From positions 1-64,000 of the forward strand of contig JBDQPD010000001.1 in assembly GCA_040260805.1 (NCBI GenBank): a stretch of 64,000 nucleotides of DNA, given 5' to 3'. The stretch is from Myxococcota bacterium (GTDB lineage Bacteria; Myxococcota; UBA4151). Both the position numbers and the translations under genes were made by a program. The notes under the pieces were generated by a model, which saw only the letters and a list, made by a program, of their open reading frames with translations, searched no databases and was not told the origin of the DNA. Shown piece by piece: positions 1 through 9,071 of this stretch; the stretch's first letter is position 1; every line of letters begins with the position of its first letter.

Positions 1-2496
1 GCTTTTGATTTGGTGGTCCCCAGAGCAGGGTTTAAATTGCTCGCTCGACTGCAGGCAAAGACCCTAAGTTTAACAGACCGTATCAACGAGATCCCTCAAC
101 CCAAACGGGCCCCAAGACGGTACCGTTACAGCGTTAAAATTTACAACTTTGACGTCTGGACTAAGTCGATATCTGGGCGTGTGCATCTGTATATTGCCCG
201 AGACCGAGCACCTTACGGTGGTGGAATCGAAGTTCCTTTGATGCCCTACTATCCAGAGGTTGAGGTTCCCGAGCTTTTAGTCGGAGAGCCTGCCTATTTC
301 CCGATCGACGCTCGCGCCATTCGCGACGGCGTTTTCGAGCGCGGGAAAAACCTCAAAGATCCTGCCGCCAAAGAACAGCAAGATACTTTTGCTCGGCAGG
401 TGTTTCGAGCCGCTCAAGAGTACAACGGAGCGCTCGAGTTTTTAGACCAACCCGAGCTCCAAGAGGTCCAACTCAAGGCGATGGCCGAGCGCGCTCAGCG
501 AGCCACTTTGCTGTTTGGTAATCATGAGGCGGGATACAACGCAAAGCACCTCGTCGCCGAGATCCTCTTTGAGCTCGCAGCGGTTGAGGGGGAATGGGAT
601 CAAGTGATCAATCACTTGACCAAGCTCGTTAAAGACGTGCCCGAAGGGGTCGACCCAGACCGACAGCTTCGTTTTCAGCGCGCGGTTTATCGGCTGGGTA
701 GGGCTCGGTATGAGCGCAATAAGGCAGGCGATTTGGATTCGGCGGCGCGCCGGTTTAATCAGGCAGGCCGAACCTGGCGCAAACAACTTGAAAAAAAAAT
801 CGGCTCTGCGCTCGCCTCGAAGGGTGAGCCAGACAGCGACGAAATCGAGGGAGCCATTGCGGCTTTTGAAGCCGCTAAAGAGCTGGCTTCAGCCGCTGAG
901 GTCGCTGAGCTTGAAACCCGAATTCAGCTCGATCGAACGACCAAGCAAGAAGGGTTGATTCGAAATTTTCTGACCTTGCGGGGTGAATTAGCGGACGTCG
1001 CCCGATATCGCCTCGGGACGCGGCTGTATTCGCTTCGGCGCTTTGGTCTGGCTGCGCCCCTACTTGCCGAGGCTTATCAGCTCGCTCCCGAGCTTGCCGA
1101 CCAACAGCCAGCCATGTCGTTGATCGTGGCGGAGAGCCTTAGGGTTTTAGGCCAAGATCAACCGGCTCGCCGGTTGATTGACCAAATTGTCGATCGCTAC
1201 AAAGCGGAGGCTAAGGCCGATAAGTCAGCGATCGATCCTGTTGATGCTCAAGCCTATGCTTTTGCGCTGATCCGCTTGGGTGATTTGGTCTGGAAGGATG
1301 GCGATCGAAACGAAGCCAAGGCGATGTATTCTCTAGCGATTAGAGACTTCCCAAAGACCGAGGGCGGTTTTTTGTCGCGGATCCGATTGGTGGAAGTCAC
1401 CGGTGAGGTACAGGCCGAAGAGTTCCCGCTGGAGGTCTTTCGGCGCCTGCAAAGCAAGGTGAGCCGGCTGAGTGATGCGAGCGCAGAAGAGAGCATGTAT
1501 CGTGAAGCGCGATCTCGGTTCTTGCGTGGCGATTACGCCTTGGCTCACGAAAAGCTTCTACAGATCCAAGATGAGTTCCCCGGGGGGTTCTTATTGAGCC
1601 AAGATACCGGTCTGCTGGACCGAACTCGGCTTAGCCTGATGGAGGAATTCTCCAACCGGCAAGAGTACGCACAAGTCATCGAGGCTTTTGTCCTAACCGA
1701 TCCCAAAATAGATGAAAGCCCAGTTGGAGCAAGGACACTGTATCTTGGAGGCTTAGCCCTCAATCAAATGGGGCTTTATCGGCAGTCAGTGAAGGCTTTT
1801 CAGCGTGCGCTAGCGACCAATGTTGTACGAAGCGACGCGTCCCAAGAAGAGCGGGTTCTAGTCGCCTTGAGTCGTGCGTACATGCAAAATCTAGATCTGT
1901 TTCGGGCGAAGCAGACGCTCGAGTACCAGGCGGCATTGTTTCCTAAAGGTCAACACGTCGGCGAGATGTGGTTGTTGCGCGGCGAGGTCGAAGAGTTAAG
2001 CAAGCGGCCAGATCGAGCCATCAGCGCCTATGCCGAAGCGACCAAGACCCTTAAAGAGGACATACAGCGCGCTAAAGTGCTGTTGCGCATCGGTCGCTTA
2101 GAATCGGCTCGTGGCGCACCAGGGAGCGCAGCCTCGGCGTTGGGGCGAGCGGTTAAGCTCTTTGATAAGGTCGACGCAGAGAATACGATCCCCGACCATC
2201 TCGACGCTCTTTTTGAAATGGGCGACTCATTTTACCGCCTGCGCAACTGGCGACAGGCGGCTAAGGCCTACGACCTCGGTGCTAGGATGGCCTCTAAAAG
2301 AGACGACCGACGCTTGATGGCATCGTTTCGAATTGGCGAGATTCGCGCAATTTTGGGCGACCTGGCAGGCGCCTTGCAAGACTGGAAGAAGCTGGCAGCT
2401 GAAGGCAAAGGTCTTTGGGAAACGATGGCCGCCGGCGCAGTCGAGGACCTGACGTGGCGCTTACGTCATGATGGCCTCTTGAGCGAACGGAGGTAG
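1..2496 (+). CDS. Large TPR-repeat protein (5'-truncated by window), directly upstream of flgB
   Basis: Frame open from base 1. Many helical TPR-like units (e.g. ALIRLGDLVWKDGDRNEAKAMY, ALFEMGDSFYRLRNWRQAAKAY). Stop is 1 nt before the flgB ATG. Confidence 0.8.
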   Translation, partial: AFDLVVPRAGFKLLARLQAKTLSLTDRINEIPQPKRAPRRYRYSVKIYNFDVWTKSISGRVHLYIARDRAPYGGGIEVPLMPYYPEVEVPELLVGEPAYFPIDARAIRDGVFERGKNLKDPAAKEQQDTFARQVFRAAQEYNGALEFLDQPELQEVQLKAMAERAQRATLLFGNHEAGYNAKHLVAEILFELAAVEGEWDQVINHLTKLVKDVPEGVDPDRQLRFQRAVYRLGRARYERNKAGDLDSAARRFNQAGRTWRKQLEKKIGSALASKGEPDSDEIEGAIAAFEAAKELASAAEVAELETRIQLDRTTKQEGLIRNFLTLRGELADVARYRLGTRLYSLRRFGLAAPLLAEAYQLAPELADQQPAMSLIVAESLRVLGQDQPARRLIDQIVDRYKAEAKADKSAIDPVDAQAYAFALIRLGDLVWKDGDRNEAKAMYSLAIRDFPKTEGGFLSRIRLVEVTGEVQAEEFPLEVFRRLQSKVSRLSDASAEESMYREARSRFLRGDYALAHEKLLQIQDEFPGGFLLSQDTGLLDRTRLSLMEEFSNRQEYAQVIEAFVLTDPKIDESPVGARTLYLGGLALNQMGLYRQSVKAFQRALATNVVRSDASQEERVLVALSRAYMQNLDLFRAKQTLEYQAALFPKGQHVGEMWLLRGEVEELSKRPDRAISAYAEATKTLKEDIQRAKVLLRIGRLESARGAPGSAASALGRAVKLFDKVDAENTIPDHLDALFEMGDSFYRLRNWRQAAKAYDLGARMASKRDDRRLMASFRIGEIRAILGDLAGALQDWKKLAAEGKGLWETMAAGAVEDLTWRLRHDGLLSERR
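2363..2378 (+). promoter_or_regulatory. Candidate sigma54 (-24/-12) promoter for the flgB operon, inside the TPR gene
   Basis: TGGCAGG-CGCC-TTGCA versus consensus TGGCACG-N4-TTGCW (one mismatch, exact GG-N10-GC spacing), about 120 nt upstream of the flgB ATG. rpoN is present in the window. Confidence 0.55.
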
Positions 2497-2497
2497 C

Positions 2498-2893
2498 ATG
2501 GACCGAGTATCGAAAGCAGCCGCATTAGCCATGACGTTGAGGATGGAGCGCAGCGCCGTGTTGGTCGCGAACATCGCCAACAAGGACACGCCCGGTTACA
2601 CCCCTCTTGAACTGAAGTTTTCTGATGCCATGAAAGACGTCCTCACCGGGCGCTCACAGCCCCCGAGCTTGAGCGCTCCAGACCAGGGTGTCGGTGTCAT
2701 GGGAGAGCCTGGTTTGAGCTTGGGTGAGGTGGTCTTTGATCCAGGCAGAGTTCCCGGTGAAGATGGCAATTCTGTCGATATTGACCGCGAGGTTAATCGG
2801 CAGGTTGATAACGCTATTGGTTATCAAGCCGCATCCAAGATCATCAAGAAGAAACAAGGGTTTATCAACTATGCCCTGAGCACGAAAGGGTAA
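2498..2893 (+). CDS. flgB: Flagellar basal-body rod protein FlgB
   Basis: ANIANKDTPGY and DGNSVDIDRE motifs, GGAGG RBS, position before flgC. Confidence 0.93.
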   Translation: MDRVSKAAALAMTLRMERSAVLVANIANKDTPGYTPLELKFSDAMKDVLTGRSQPPSLSAPDQGVGVMGEPGLSLGEVVFDPGRVPGEDGNSVDIDREVNRQVDNAIGYQAASKIIKKKQGFINYALSTKG

Positions 2894-2899
2894 TGAACC

Positions 2900-3337
2900 A
2901 TGAATCTTAGAACCGTTTTAAGACTCAATTCAGCGGCGATGGGTGTCGCCCGAACCCGGCTTAATGTGACGGCAGCCAATATGGCGAACGCTGAAACAAC
3001 GCGCACCCCTGAAGGGGGACCATTTCAGCGCCGTATGGTCACCGTAGAAGCTCAACCACTCAAGGACGCTGAGGGGCACCCTATCGGCCGGCAGCATGGG
3101 CTCACCTTGCGTGAGCCGACCGCAATAAAAGTGACCCGTGATGAGGGACCAGCGCGCATGGTTTATGACCCGAGTCACCCCGACTCAGATGGTGACGGTT
3201 ACGTCGCCAAGCCGAACATCGACGTGGTGACTGAGATGGTGAATATGATGGCCGCCACGCGCGCCTATCAAGCGGCAACGAACGCAACGAAGAGTGTCAA
3301 GAGCATGGCGCAAAGCGCTTTGAACATCGTCAGCTAG
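2900..3337 (+). CDS. flgC: Flagellar basal-body rod protein FlgC
   Basis: NMANAETTRTPEGGPFQRR, YDPSHPD..GYV..PNID, EMVNMMAATRAYQA. Confidence 0.96.
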   Translation: MNLRTVLRLNSAAMGVARTRLNVTAANMANAETTRTPEGGPFQRRMVTVEAQPLKDAEGHPIGRQHGLTLREPTAIKVTRDEGPARMVYDPSHPDSDGDGYVAKPNIDVVTEMVNMMAATRAYQAATNATKSVKSMAQSALNIVS

Positions 3338-3347
3338 GGAGATCGAT

Positions 3348-3632
3348 ATGAAAATACGTCCTGACTTGGTGGCTCCGGCCAAAGTTCTTCAGGCTCAAAG
3401 TCGGCCAACCGGTGGAAAAGGGTTCGCCGACCTGCTCGCTGAAAAAGTCGCTGAAGTGGATCAAACGATCAAGGTCGCTGATCAGCAAAGCGCCGAGCTT
3501 CTCGCTGGTACAGGCTCTATTCACGAGACGATGATCGCCTTGGAAGAGGCAGGGATTCAACTGCGTGTGGCCGGTACGGTGCGCGACAAGGTCGTCAGCG
3601 CTTATCAAGACCTCACTCGCATGCAGATCTAA
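3348..3632 (+). CDS. fliE: Flagellar hook-basal body protein FliE
   Basis: 94 aa, F.DLL...., IHETMIA.EEA, VRDKVVSAYQDLTRMQI C-terminus. Confidence 0.95.
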   Translation: MKIRPDLVAPAKVLQAQSRPTGGKGFADLLAEKVAEVDQTIKVADQQSAELLAGTGSIHETMIALEEAGIQLRVAGTVRDKVVSAYQDLTRMQI

Positions 3633-3640
3633 GGTAATTC

Positions 3641-5224
3641 ATGGACGCGTTACGCGATTACGCCAGACAATTGGCGCAAATTTGGGAGAATATGAGCAGC
3701 CGTCAGCGCAGCGCGTTGGTGGGCTTGGTCTCTGTTGTCCTTTTGGGAATGGCTTGGATCACGGTGGGTCAGCGACCCCAGGCCATGCAAATCCTCTTTG
3801 CTGATCTCGAGCCATCAGACGCAGCCGCCATTCGCGATGCGCTTGATTCTCGTAAAGAGCCGTTTGAGTTGACCGATCAAGGTCGCTCAATCCGAGTGAA
3901 CCAGGGCCGTGTCCATGCGTTGCGCATCGATCTGACCGCAGAGGGTTTACCCCGCGGTGGCGGTGTGGGCTTTGAGCTGTTTGACAAGAGCGGGCTGGCG
4001 ATGAGTCAGTTCCTTCAGAACGTCAATTATCGCCGCGCCCTTGAGGGTGAGCTGGCGCGGACCGTGTCCAGCTTGGATGAGGTCCGGTCCGCTCGGATCC
4101 ATTTGGTGATCCCGAAGCGCAGGGTGTTCGCTGACGAGCAAGAGCGCGCCACAGCCTCGGTGGTCTTGCACCTTGGTGGGGGCGGCTTAGCCAGTCGGTC
4201 GACTAAAGGTGTAGCTCACTTGATCGCCTCTGCGGTTGAGGGAATGGATGCGCGTGATGTCACGATCATGGACCAGCGCGGCGCCGTGCTGCAGCAAGCC
4301 CAAGAGGATGAAGGCTTCGCTGCCATGAGCCAGTACGAAGAGCAGGTCCGGACGCGAGAGCGTGATCTTGAGCGGCGTGTGGTGACCTTGCTTGAGCCGA
4401 TGCTCGGTATCGGTAACGTCCGGGTCCAAGTCAGCATGGATTATGACTTTGATGCGGTTCAGCGCACCATCGATAAGTACGACCCTGAGGTTCAGGTCGT
4501 CCGCAGCGAAGAGCGCACCGAAGAGGACCGCGCCATTGAGGGCGCCAAGGCGGCACAAGGAGGTCAGGCTGGAGCTCAAGCGAATGATCCGGGCGCCCAG
4601 GACACGGTGGCGTCGGCGGGTGGCGCTTCGAGCACCAAGCGCAACACCGAGCGCGCCAACTACGAAATCGACAAAACGACCGAAGTGGTGGTCCGCCAAA
4701 GCGGCGTCTTAAAGCGCCTAAGTATTGCGGTGTTGGTCAATGAGAACACCGCCGCTCCTGGCGCACCGGAAGGTCAAGAGCCTCAAGCGCTGCCGCAGGC
4801 TACCCGGAAGCTCATTCAAGACTTAGTGGCGAGCGCTGCTGGGTTTGATGAGCAGCGCGGCGACACCATTAAAGTCGCTGCGAGCCCCTTCCAAACCAAG
4901 GGCACCGAGCTGCCCGAACAAGGTACCGACTTCGCCGGCATGATGCCGCTTGTGCAAGGCGTTGTCGCCGTCATTATTGCCTTGATGGTCGTCTTTATGG
5001 TGGTTCGACCTCTGCTGCGCCAACTGGCGGAGATTCGACCCGAACTGGTGGAGGCTGCGGCGCTGCCTGGAACGGTAGAGGACGTCGCCAAGCGGCTTGA
5101 GGAGGCTGAGCGCGAAGCCGCCAGCCGCAAGATGCTCGAACAACGCAGCGCAGTGGTTGATTATGCCACTGACGAACCCGAAAAGACGGCCGAGATTTTA
5201 CGCGGCTGGTTGACTGAAGGGTAG
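3641..5224 (+). CDS. fliF: Flagellar MS-ring protein FliF
   Basis: Two TM segments, GFELFD, NYRRALEGELARTV, ARIHLVIP, NYEIDK, C-terminal AEILRGWL. Confidence 0.96.
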   Translation: MDALRDYARQLAQIWENMSSRQRSALVGLVSVVLLGMAWITVGQRPQAMQILFADLEPSDAAAIRDALDSRKEPFELTDQGRSIRVNQGRVHALRIDLTAEGLPRGGGVGFELFDKSGLAMSQFLQNVNYRRALEGELARTVSSLDEVRSARIHLVIPKRRVFADEQERATASVVLHLGGGGLASRSTKGVAHLIASAVEGMDARDVTIMDQRGAVLQQAQEDEGFAAMSQYEEQVRTRERDLERRVVTLLEPMLGIGNVRVQVSMDYDFDAVQRTIDKYDPEVQVVRSEERTEEDRAIEGAKAAQGGQAGAQANDPGAQDTVASAGGASSTKRNTERANYEIDKTTEVVVRQSGVLKRLSIAVLVNENTAAPGAPEGQEPQALPQATRKLIQDLVASAAGFDEQRGDTIKVAASPFQTKGTELPEQGTDFAGMMPLVQGVVAVIIALMVVFMVVRPLLRQLAEIRPELVEAAALPGTVEDVAKRLEEAEREAASRKMLEQRSAVVDYATDEPEKTAEILRGWLTEG

Positions 5225-5230
5225 CGAAGC

Positions 5231-6217
5231 GTGGCTGAAGAAGAAGGGCAAAAGCTGAGCGGCGCCCAAAAGTCAGCGATTTTGTTGTTGGCGATGGGCG
5301 AGGAAGCCGCGGTCAAGGTCATGCGCAACATGCGCGATGATGAGGTCAGTCAGATCGGCGAAGCCGCTGCAGGGCTCGCTGGACTTGATGCGGTGACCGC
5401 AGAACATGTTTTGGAAGAGTTCTCAGAGATTATCGGCTCGAGCTTTAACCTGACCGGTTCAGACGAGTATGTGTACCGCCTCAGCGTTCGTGCGTTCGGT
5501 GAGGATAAAGCGACAAAACTGCTCAAAGAAAACGAGGGCGAAGCGCTCTTTCGAGAGCGGATTGAGCGCATTGACCCAGTGGCGCTCGCGGGGATCCTAA
5601 AGAAAGAGCAACCGCAGACCATCGCCATGGTGATGAGCAGTCTAGGCACTGAGCGAGCCAGCCGGGTTTTGGTCCATTTGGACCGCGACTTGCGCCAAGA
5701 TATTGCCCTGCGTTTAGCGCACCTTGATCGCATGTCACCGGATACCTTGCGTGAGATCCAAACGGCGCTCGCCGATGAACTCGGTAACTTTGCCGCCGGT
5801 AAGGTCAATGGTCGTGAGTACGTCGCTGAGATGTTGATCGCGATGAGCCGGGACGATCGCGACGAAATTCTCAATGCGATCTCCGACACCGACGTCGAAC
5901 TCGGCGAAGAGATCCGTAAGCAGATGTTCACCTTCGATGATCTGCTCAACTTAGACCCCCGTGGAATGCAGCGCTTGGGTCGTGACGTGGACAATGCGAA
6001 CTTGATGCTCGCGCTCAAGACCGCGTCCGAGCAGATGAAATCTCATTGGTTTAACTCCATGTCGTCACGTGCGGCTCAAATGCTTCAAGAGGATCTTGAG
6101 GCGATGGGGCCTGCGCGACTTCGTGAGGTGGAAGATGCGCAGCAAAAAATTGTGCAAACGGCGCTGTCCTTAGCTGAAGCTGGCGAGCTCGATCTCGGCG
6201 GCGATGAGATGGTGTGA
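5231..6217 (+). CDS. fliG: Flagellar motor switch protein FliG
   Basis: LSGAQKSAILLL, EQPQTIA, MFTFDDL, MSSRAAQMLQED, EVEDAQQKIV. Confidence 0.96.
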   Translation: MAEEEGQKLSGAQKSAILLLAMGEEAAVKVMRNMRDDEVSQIGEAAAGLAGLDAVTAEHVLEEFSEIIGSSFNLTGSDEYVYRLSVRAFGEDKATKLLKENEGEALFRERIERIDPVALAGILKKEQPQTIAMVMSSLGTERASRVLVHLDRDLRQDIALRLAHLDRMSPDTLREIQTALADELGNFAAGKVNGREYVAEMLIAMSRDDRDEILNAISDTDVELGEEIRKQMFTFDDLLNLDPRGMQRLGRDVDNANLMLALKTASEQMKSHWFNSMSSRAAQMLQEDLEAMGPARLREVEDAQQKIVQTALSLAEAGELDLGGDEMV

Positions 6218-7047
6218 ACATGGTTAAGCAGCAACGCCAAAGGACAGGTTCGATCCTGCGCGACGTCGACGATGACCAGATCAAAGAGACCCTCTTTGGT
6301 GCGTCGTTGCCTGGCGCTGGAGAGGTTCAGCCATTGGACCTGCCTCAGTCGGTTGTCAGCGAGCCACAAGACGAGCCTTTAGACCCTCGCAACTTAGCGC
6401 TTTTGGTTCGACCCGAGCGCTACCAAGAGCGGGTCGCTCGCCAACAAGCTGACCTCGCTGATCAAGCGCAGCAATTAGCTGACCGTGTTAAGGTGTTTGA
6501 GGCGCGTGAGCAGCAACTTGCCGAGCGCGAGCAAGAGCTTACAGATCGCCAGGCAGAGCTTGAGTCGTTGGTCCTAAACGCCGTGGAAGAGCGCGTTGAG
6601 CAATTGAGCGAGGAGCGCTTGGGAGACGACCGCGCACGCCTCGTCGCAAGCGTGACACAGCTTGAGGCGGTGTCTCATGGTTTGTTGGATCAAGCGCGTC
6701 TGGACCTGTTGGAGTTAGCGGTCAAGATCGCGTCAAAGGTAGTCGGTGCAGAGCTTGAGGCGCGTCCGCAGTTGCTGGTCGGCCTGATCCGCTCAGCGTT
6801 AGAATCAGCGACTCCAACCGGGCAAGTTACGCTGAAGCTTCACCCCAAAGACCACGCGATCCTCAGCCGTCGCGGACCCAAGGTCCTGGGGCGTTTGCCT
6901 GCCGGTGTTCAGATCCAACTCGCAGCGGATGAATCCGTTGATCGGGGCGGCGTCATCATCGTTTCTCAAGCGGGCCGGCTTGACGCTCGGATCAGTGAGC
7001 GCCTGCAGCGCGTTGGCGCTCAACTGGCTGAGATTGCGGAGCGCTAG
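6214..7047 (+). CDS. fliH: Flagellar export ATPase regulator FliH
   Basis: Coiled-coil followed by LHPKD...D.SVDRGGVII....GRLDARI. Lies between fliG and fliI. Confidence 0.88.
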   Translation: MNMVKQQRQRTGSILRDVDDDQIKETLFGASLPGAGEVQPLDLPQSVVSEPQDEPLDPRNLALLVRPERYQERVARQQADLADQAQQLADRVKVFEAREQQLAEREQELTDRQAELESLVLNAVEERVEQLSEERLGDDRARLVASVTQLEAVSHGLLDQARLDLLELAVKIASKVVGAELEARPQLLVGLIRSALESATPTGQVTLKLHPKDHAILSRRGPKVLGRLPAGVQIQLAADESVDRGGVIIVSQAGRLDARISERLQRVGAQLAEIAER

Positions 7048-7050
7048 GCG

Positions 7051-8382
7051 ATGGCTTTAGGCGCTCGTATTTTCGATTTTGATCGAGTGGATGAACTGCT
7101 CGCTGACGCTGAGCCTTTACCTCGGCGTGGCCAGGTTCTCAGAGCCTCGTCACATCTGATCACGGTGGATTTACCTGGCGTCAAAGTGGGACAGCAGGTG
7201 GTCTTGGGAAATCCGTCTGGGGGGCGTCTTGGTGAGGTTGTTGCGGTCGAGCAGCGTCGCGCCTTGGTGATGCCCTACTCAGCGGTCTCTGGTGTGAGTT
7301 CAGGGATGGCTGTCGAGGCAAAGCCTCGGGTTGACCGAGTGGCTGTGGGCAGCGCGTTCCTTGGCCGGGTTGTTGACTCCCTAGGCAGACCGCTCGACGG
7401 CTTGCCGGCGCCGAGCGTGCAAGCCCGGCGTCCGCTTCGAGCGGAGGCACCCAACCCTTTGAGCCGCCGAAGTATTGATCGGGTGATCCCGGTCGGGGTG
7501 CGCGTGGTGGATGCATTGTGTACGCTCGGCGAGGGTCAGCGGGTAGGTATCTTTGCGGGCTCGGGTGTGGGCAAGTCGACGCTGCTCGGTATGATGGCGC
7601 GCCATGCAGAATGCGACGCCGTGGTGATCGCTTTAGTCGGCGAGCGTGGTCGCGAGGTGCGCGAGTTCATTGAGCGCGATTTAGGACCTGACGGTCGTGA
7701 GCGTTCGGCGATGGTGGTCGCGACCTCTGATAAGAGCCCCGTCCTGCGCATTCGCGCGGCTGAGTATGCGGTCGCTTTAGCCGAGCAGCTCCGGGATGAA
7801 GGCCAGCGGGTTTTGTTCTTGATGGATTCGGTAACTCGTTACGCCCACGCGCTGCGCGAGGTCGGTTTAGCGTCGCATGAGCCGCCCGCGACGCGTGGGT
7901 ATCCGCCCTCAGTCTTTGCCGCTATTCCGGCGTTACTTGAGCGACTTGGAAATCATGATGGCCCGGGTTCAATCACTGCGCTGGTGACGGTCTTGGTCGA
8001 AGGTGATGATCTTGATGAGCCTATTTCGGACACGGTACGCGGCGTCCTTGATGGTCACCTGGTGCTGAGTCGGCAGCTCGCAGAGCAGGCGGTTTGGCCG
8101 GCGCTTGATCCCTTGGTGAGCCTCAGCCGCTTAGCGGCGCAGATCACCAGTCCAGAGCACCGAGTTGCAGCTCAGCGTTTTCGAACGTTGATGGCACGCT
8201 ATCGCAGCGCCGAAGAGCTCATTCGCTTGGGCGCGTACACTACCGGGAGCGATCCTGAGGTCGATTTCATGGTTGAGCGGCGTGCGCAAACGCAGGCGCT
8301 TCTTTGCCAGATGGCTGATGAGTCTTCGGATTTTGAGGTCACGATATCGGCTCTGACCGCGTTGTTGGAAGGTGCCCCATGA
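7051..8382 (+). CDS. fliI: Flagellar export ATPase FliI
   Basis: Walker A GIFAGSGVGKST, GERGREV, DSVTRYA, RGYPPSVF, LDGHLVLSR. Confidence 0.96.
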   Translation: MALGARIFDFDRVDELLADAEPLPRRGQVLRASSHLITVDLPGVKVGQQVVLGNPSGGRLGEVVAVEQRRALVMPYSAVSGVSSGMAVEAKPRVDRVAVGSAFLGRVVDSLGRPLDGLPAPSVQARRPLRAEAPNPLSRRSIDRVIPVGVRVVDALCTLGEGQRVGIFAGSGVGKSTLLGMMARHAECDAVVIALVGERGREVREFIERDLGPDGRERSAMVVATSDKSPVLRIRAAEYAVALAEQLRDEGQRVLFLMDSVTRYAHALREVGLASHEPPATRGYPPSVFAAIPALLERLGNHDGPGSITALVTVLVEGDDLDEPISDTVRGVLDGHLVLSRQLAEQAVWPALDPLVSLSRLAAQITSPEHRVAAQRFRTLMARYRSAEELIRLGAYTTGSDPEVDFMVERRAQTQALLCQMADESSDFEVTISALTALLEGAP

Positions 8383-9071
8383 AAGCCTGGTTATTGGTTG
8401 CCGTCGCCGCGCCGGTCTTGGTAGCGGCTCCTTTTGCGTTGCCTATTCTAGCGCAGGATCAAGCAGCGGCTCAGGGTCAAGCGGAGGCGAAAGCCGAAAA
8501 AACGGACAAGAAAAGCACGGAAACCCCCGAAGAAGCAGCGACCGCAAAAGAAGAAGCAGAGCTCGCTTCTGAACGAAGAAAAAGAGCGATTATCAATGAG
8601 GTAGTGCGGTGCCCTAAGCGCCCCACAGAGAACCAATTTAGGACCTACAACCTATTTAACGATCAGATGCTCAAGCTCAAGCAGCGGCGCGCGCGGCAAG
8701 AAGCTGCAGAGCGTCGACTCACCGACTTGCAAAGGCAGATTCTCGCCAACCGAGAAGAATTACTAAAACTTCAGCGGCTTCTTGACGAAAAACTGACTGA
8801 TAAGGAGGTCAAGGAAGCTGAAGCGCGTGCGGAGCGCATCCGCAAACTGGTTAAGATCCTTGAGGTGATGCAGCCAGCAGCCGGGGCAAAAACAGCAACA
8901 GGTATTACCATGGAACTTTTGGTGGAACTGTTGCTGCGTATGAAACCCAAAAAGGCAGCCGCTATTCTCAACTTGGTGCCAGGCCCTTTAGCTTCTCGAA
9001 CCTTCGAAGAGGTAAGCAACCGGAAGAAGGGCTTGATCGAAGCGCTTCTCGAACGAGTCGGGGGACCGTAA
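8379..9071 (+). CDS. MotE/YlxF(FlbB)-like flagellar protein (N-terminal anchor, coiled coil, MgtE_N-like C-terminus)
   Basis: Hydrophobic N-terminus, long coiled coil, RIRKLVKILEVMQPAAGAK..LLRMKPKKAAAIL repeat pattern. Position before fliK. Confidence 0.7.
   Translation: MKAWLLVAVAAPVLVAAPFALPILAQDQAAAQGQAEAKAEKTDKKSTETPEEAATAKEEAELASERRKRAIINEVVRCPKRPTENQFRTYNLFNDQMLKLKQRRARQEAAERRLTDLQRQILANREELLKLQRLLDEKLTDKEVKEAEARAERIRKLVKILEVMQPAAGAKTATGITMELLVELLLRMKPKKAAAILNLVPGPLASRTFEEVSNRKKGLIEALLERVGGP

Noticed and set aside
5350..6018. 222-aa antisense ORF opposite fliG (and many similar shadow ORFs)
   Set aside because: Ser/Arg-rich mirror of a conserved gene with no motifs, as expected in GC-rich DNA.
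3641..8382. Non-flagellar (injectisome or needle-less) type III system
   Set aside because: The flanking rod, hook, hook-cap and hook-length genes and a full-length FliF/FliG identify it as flagellar.
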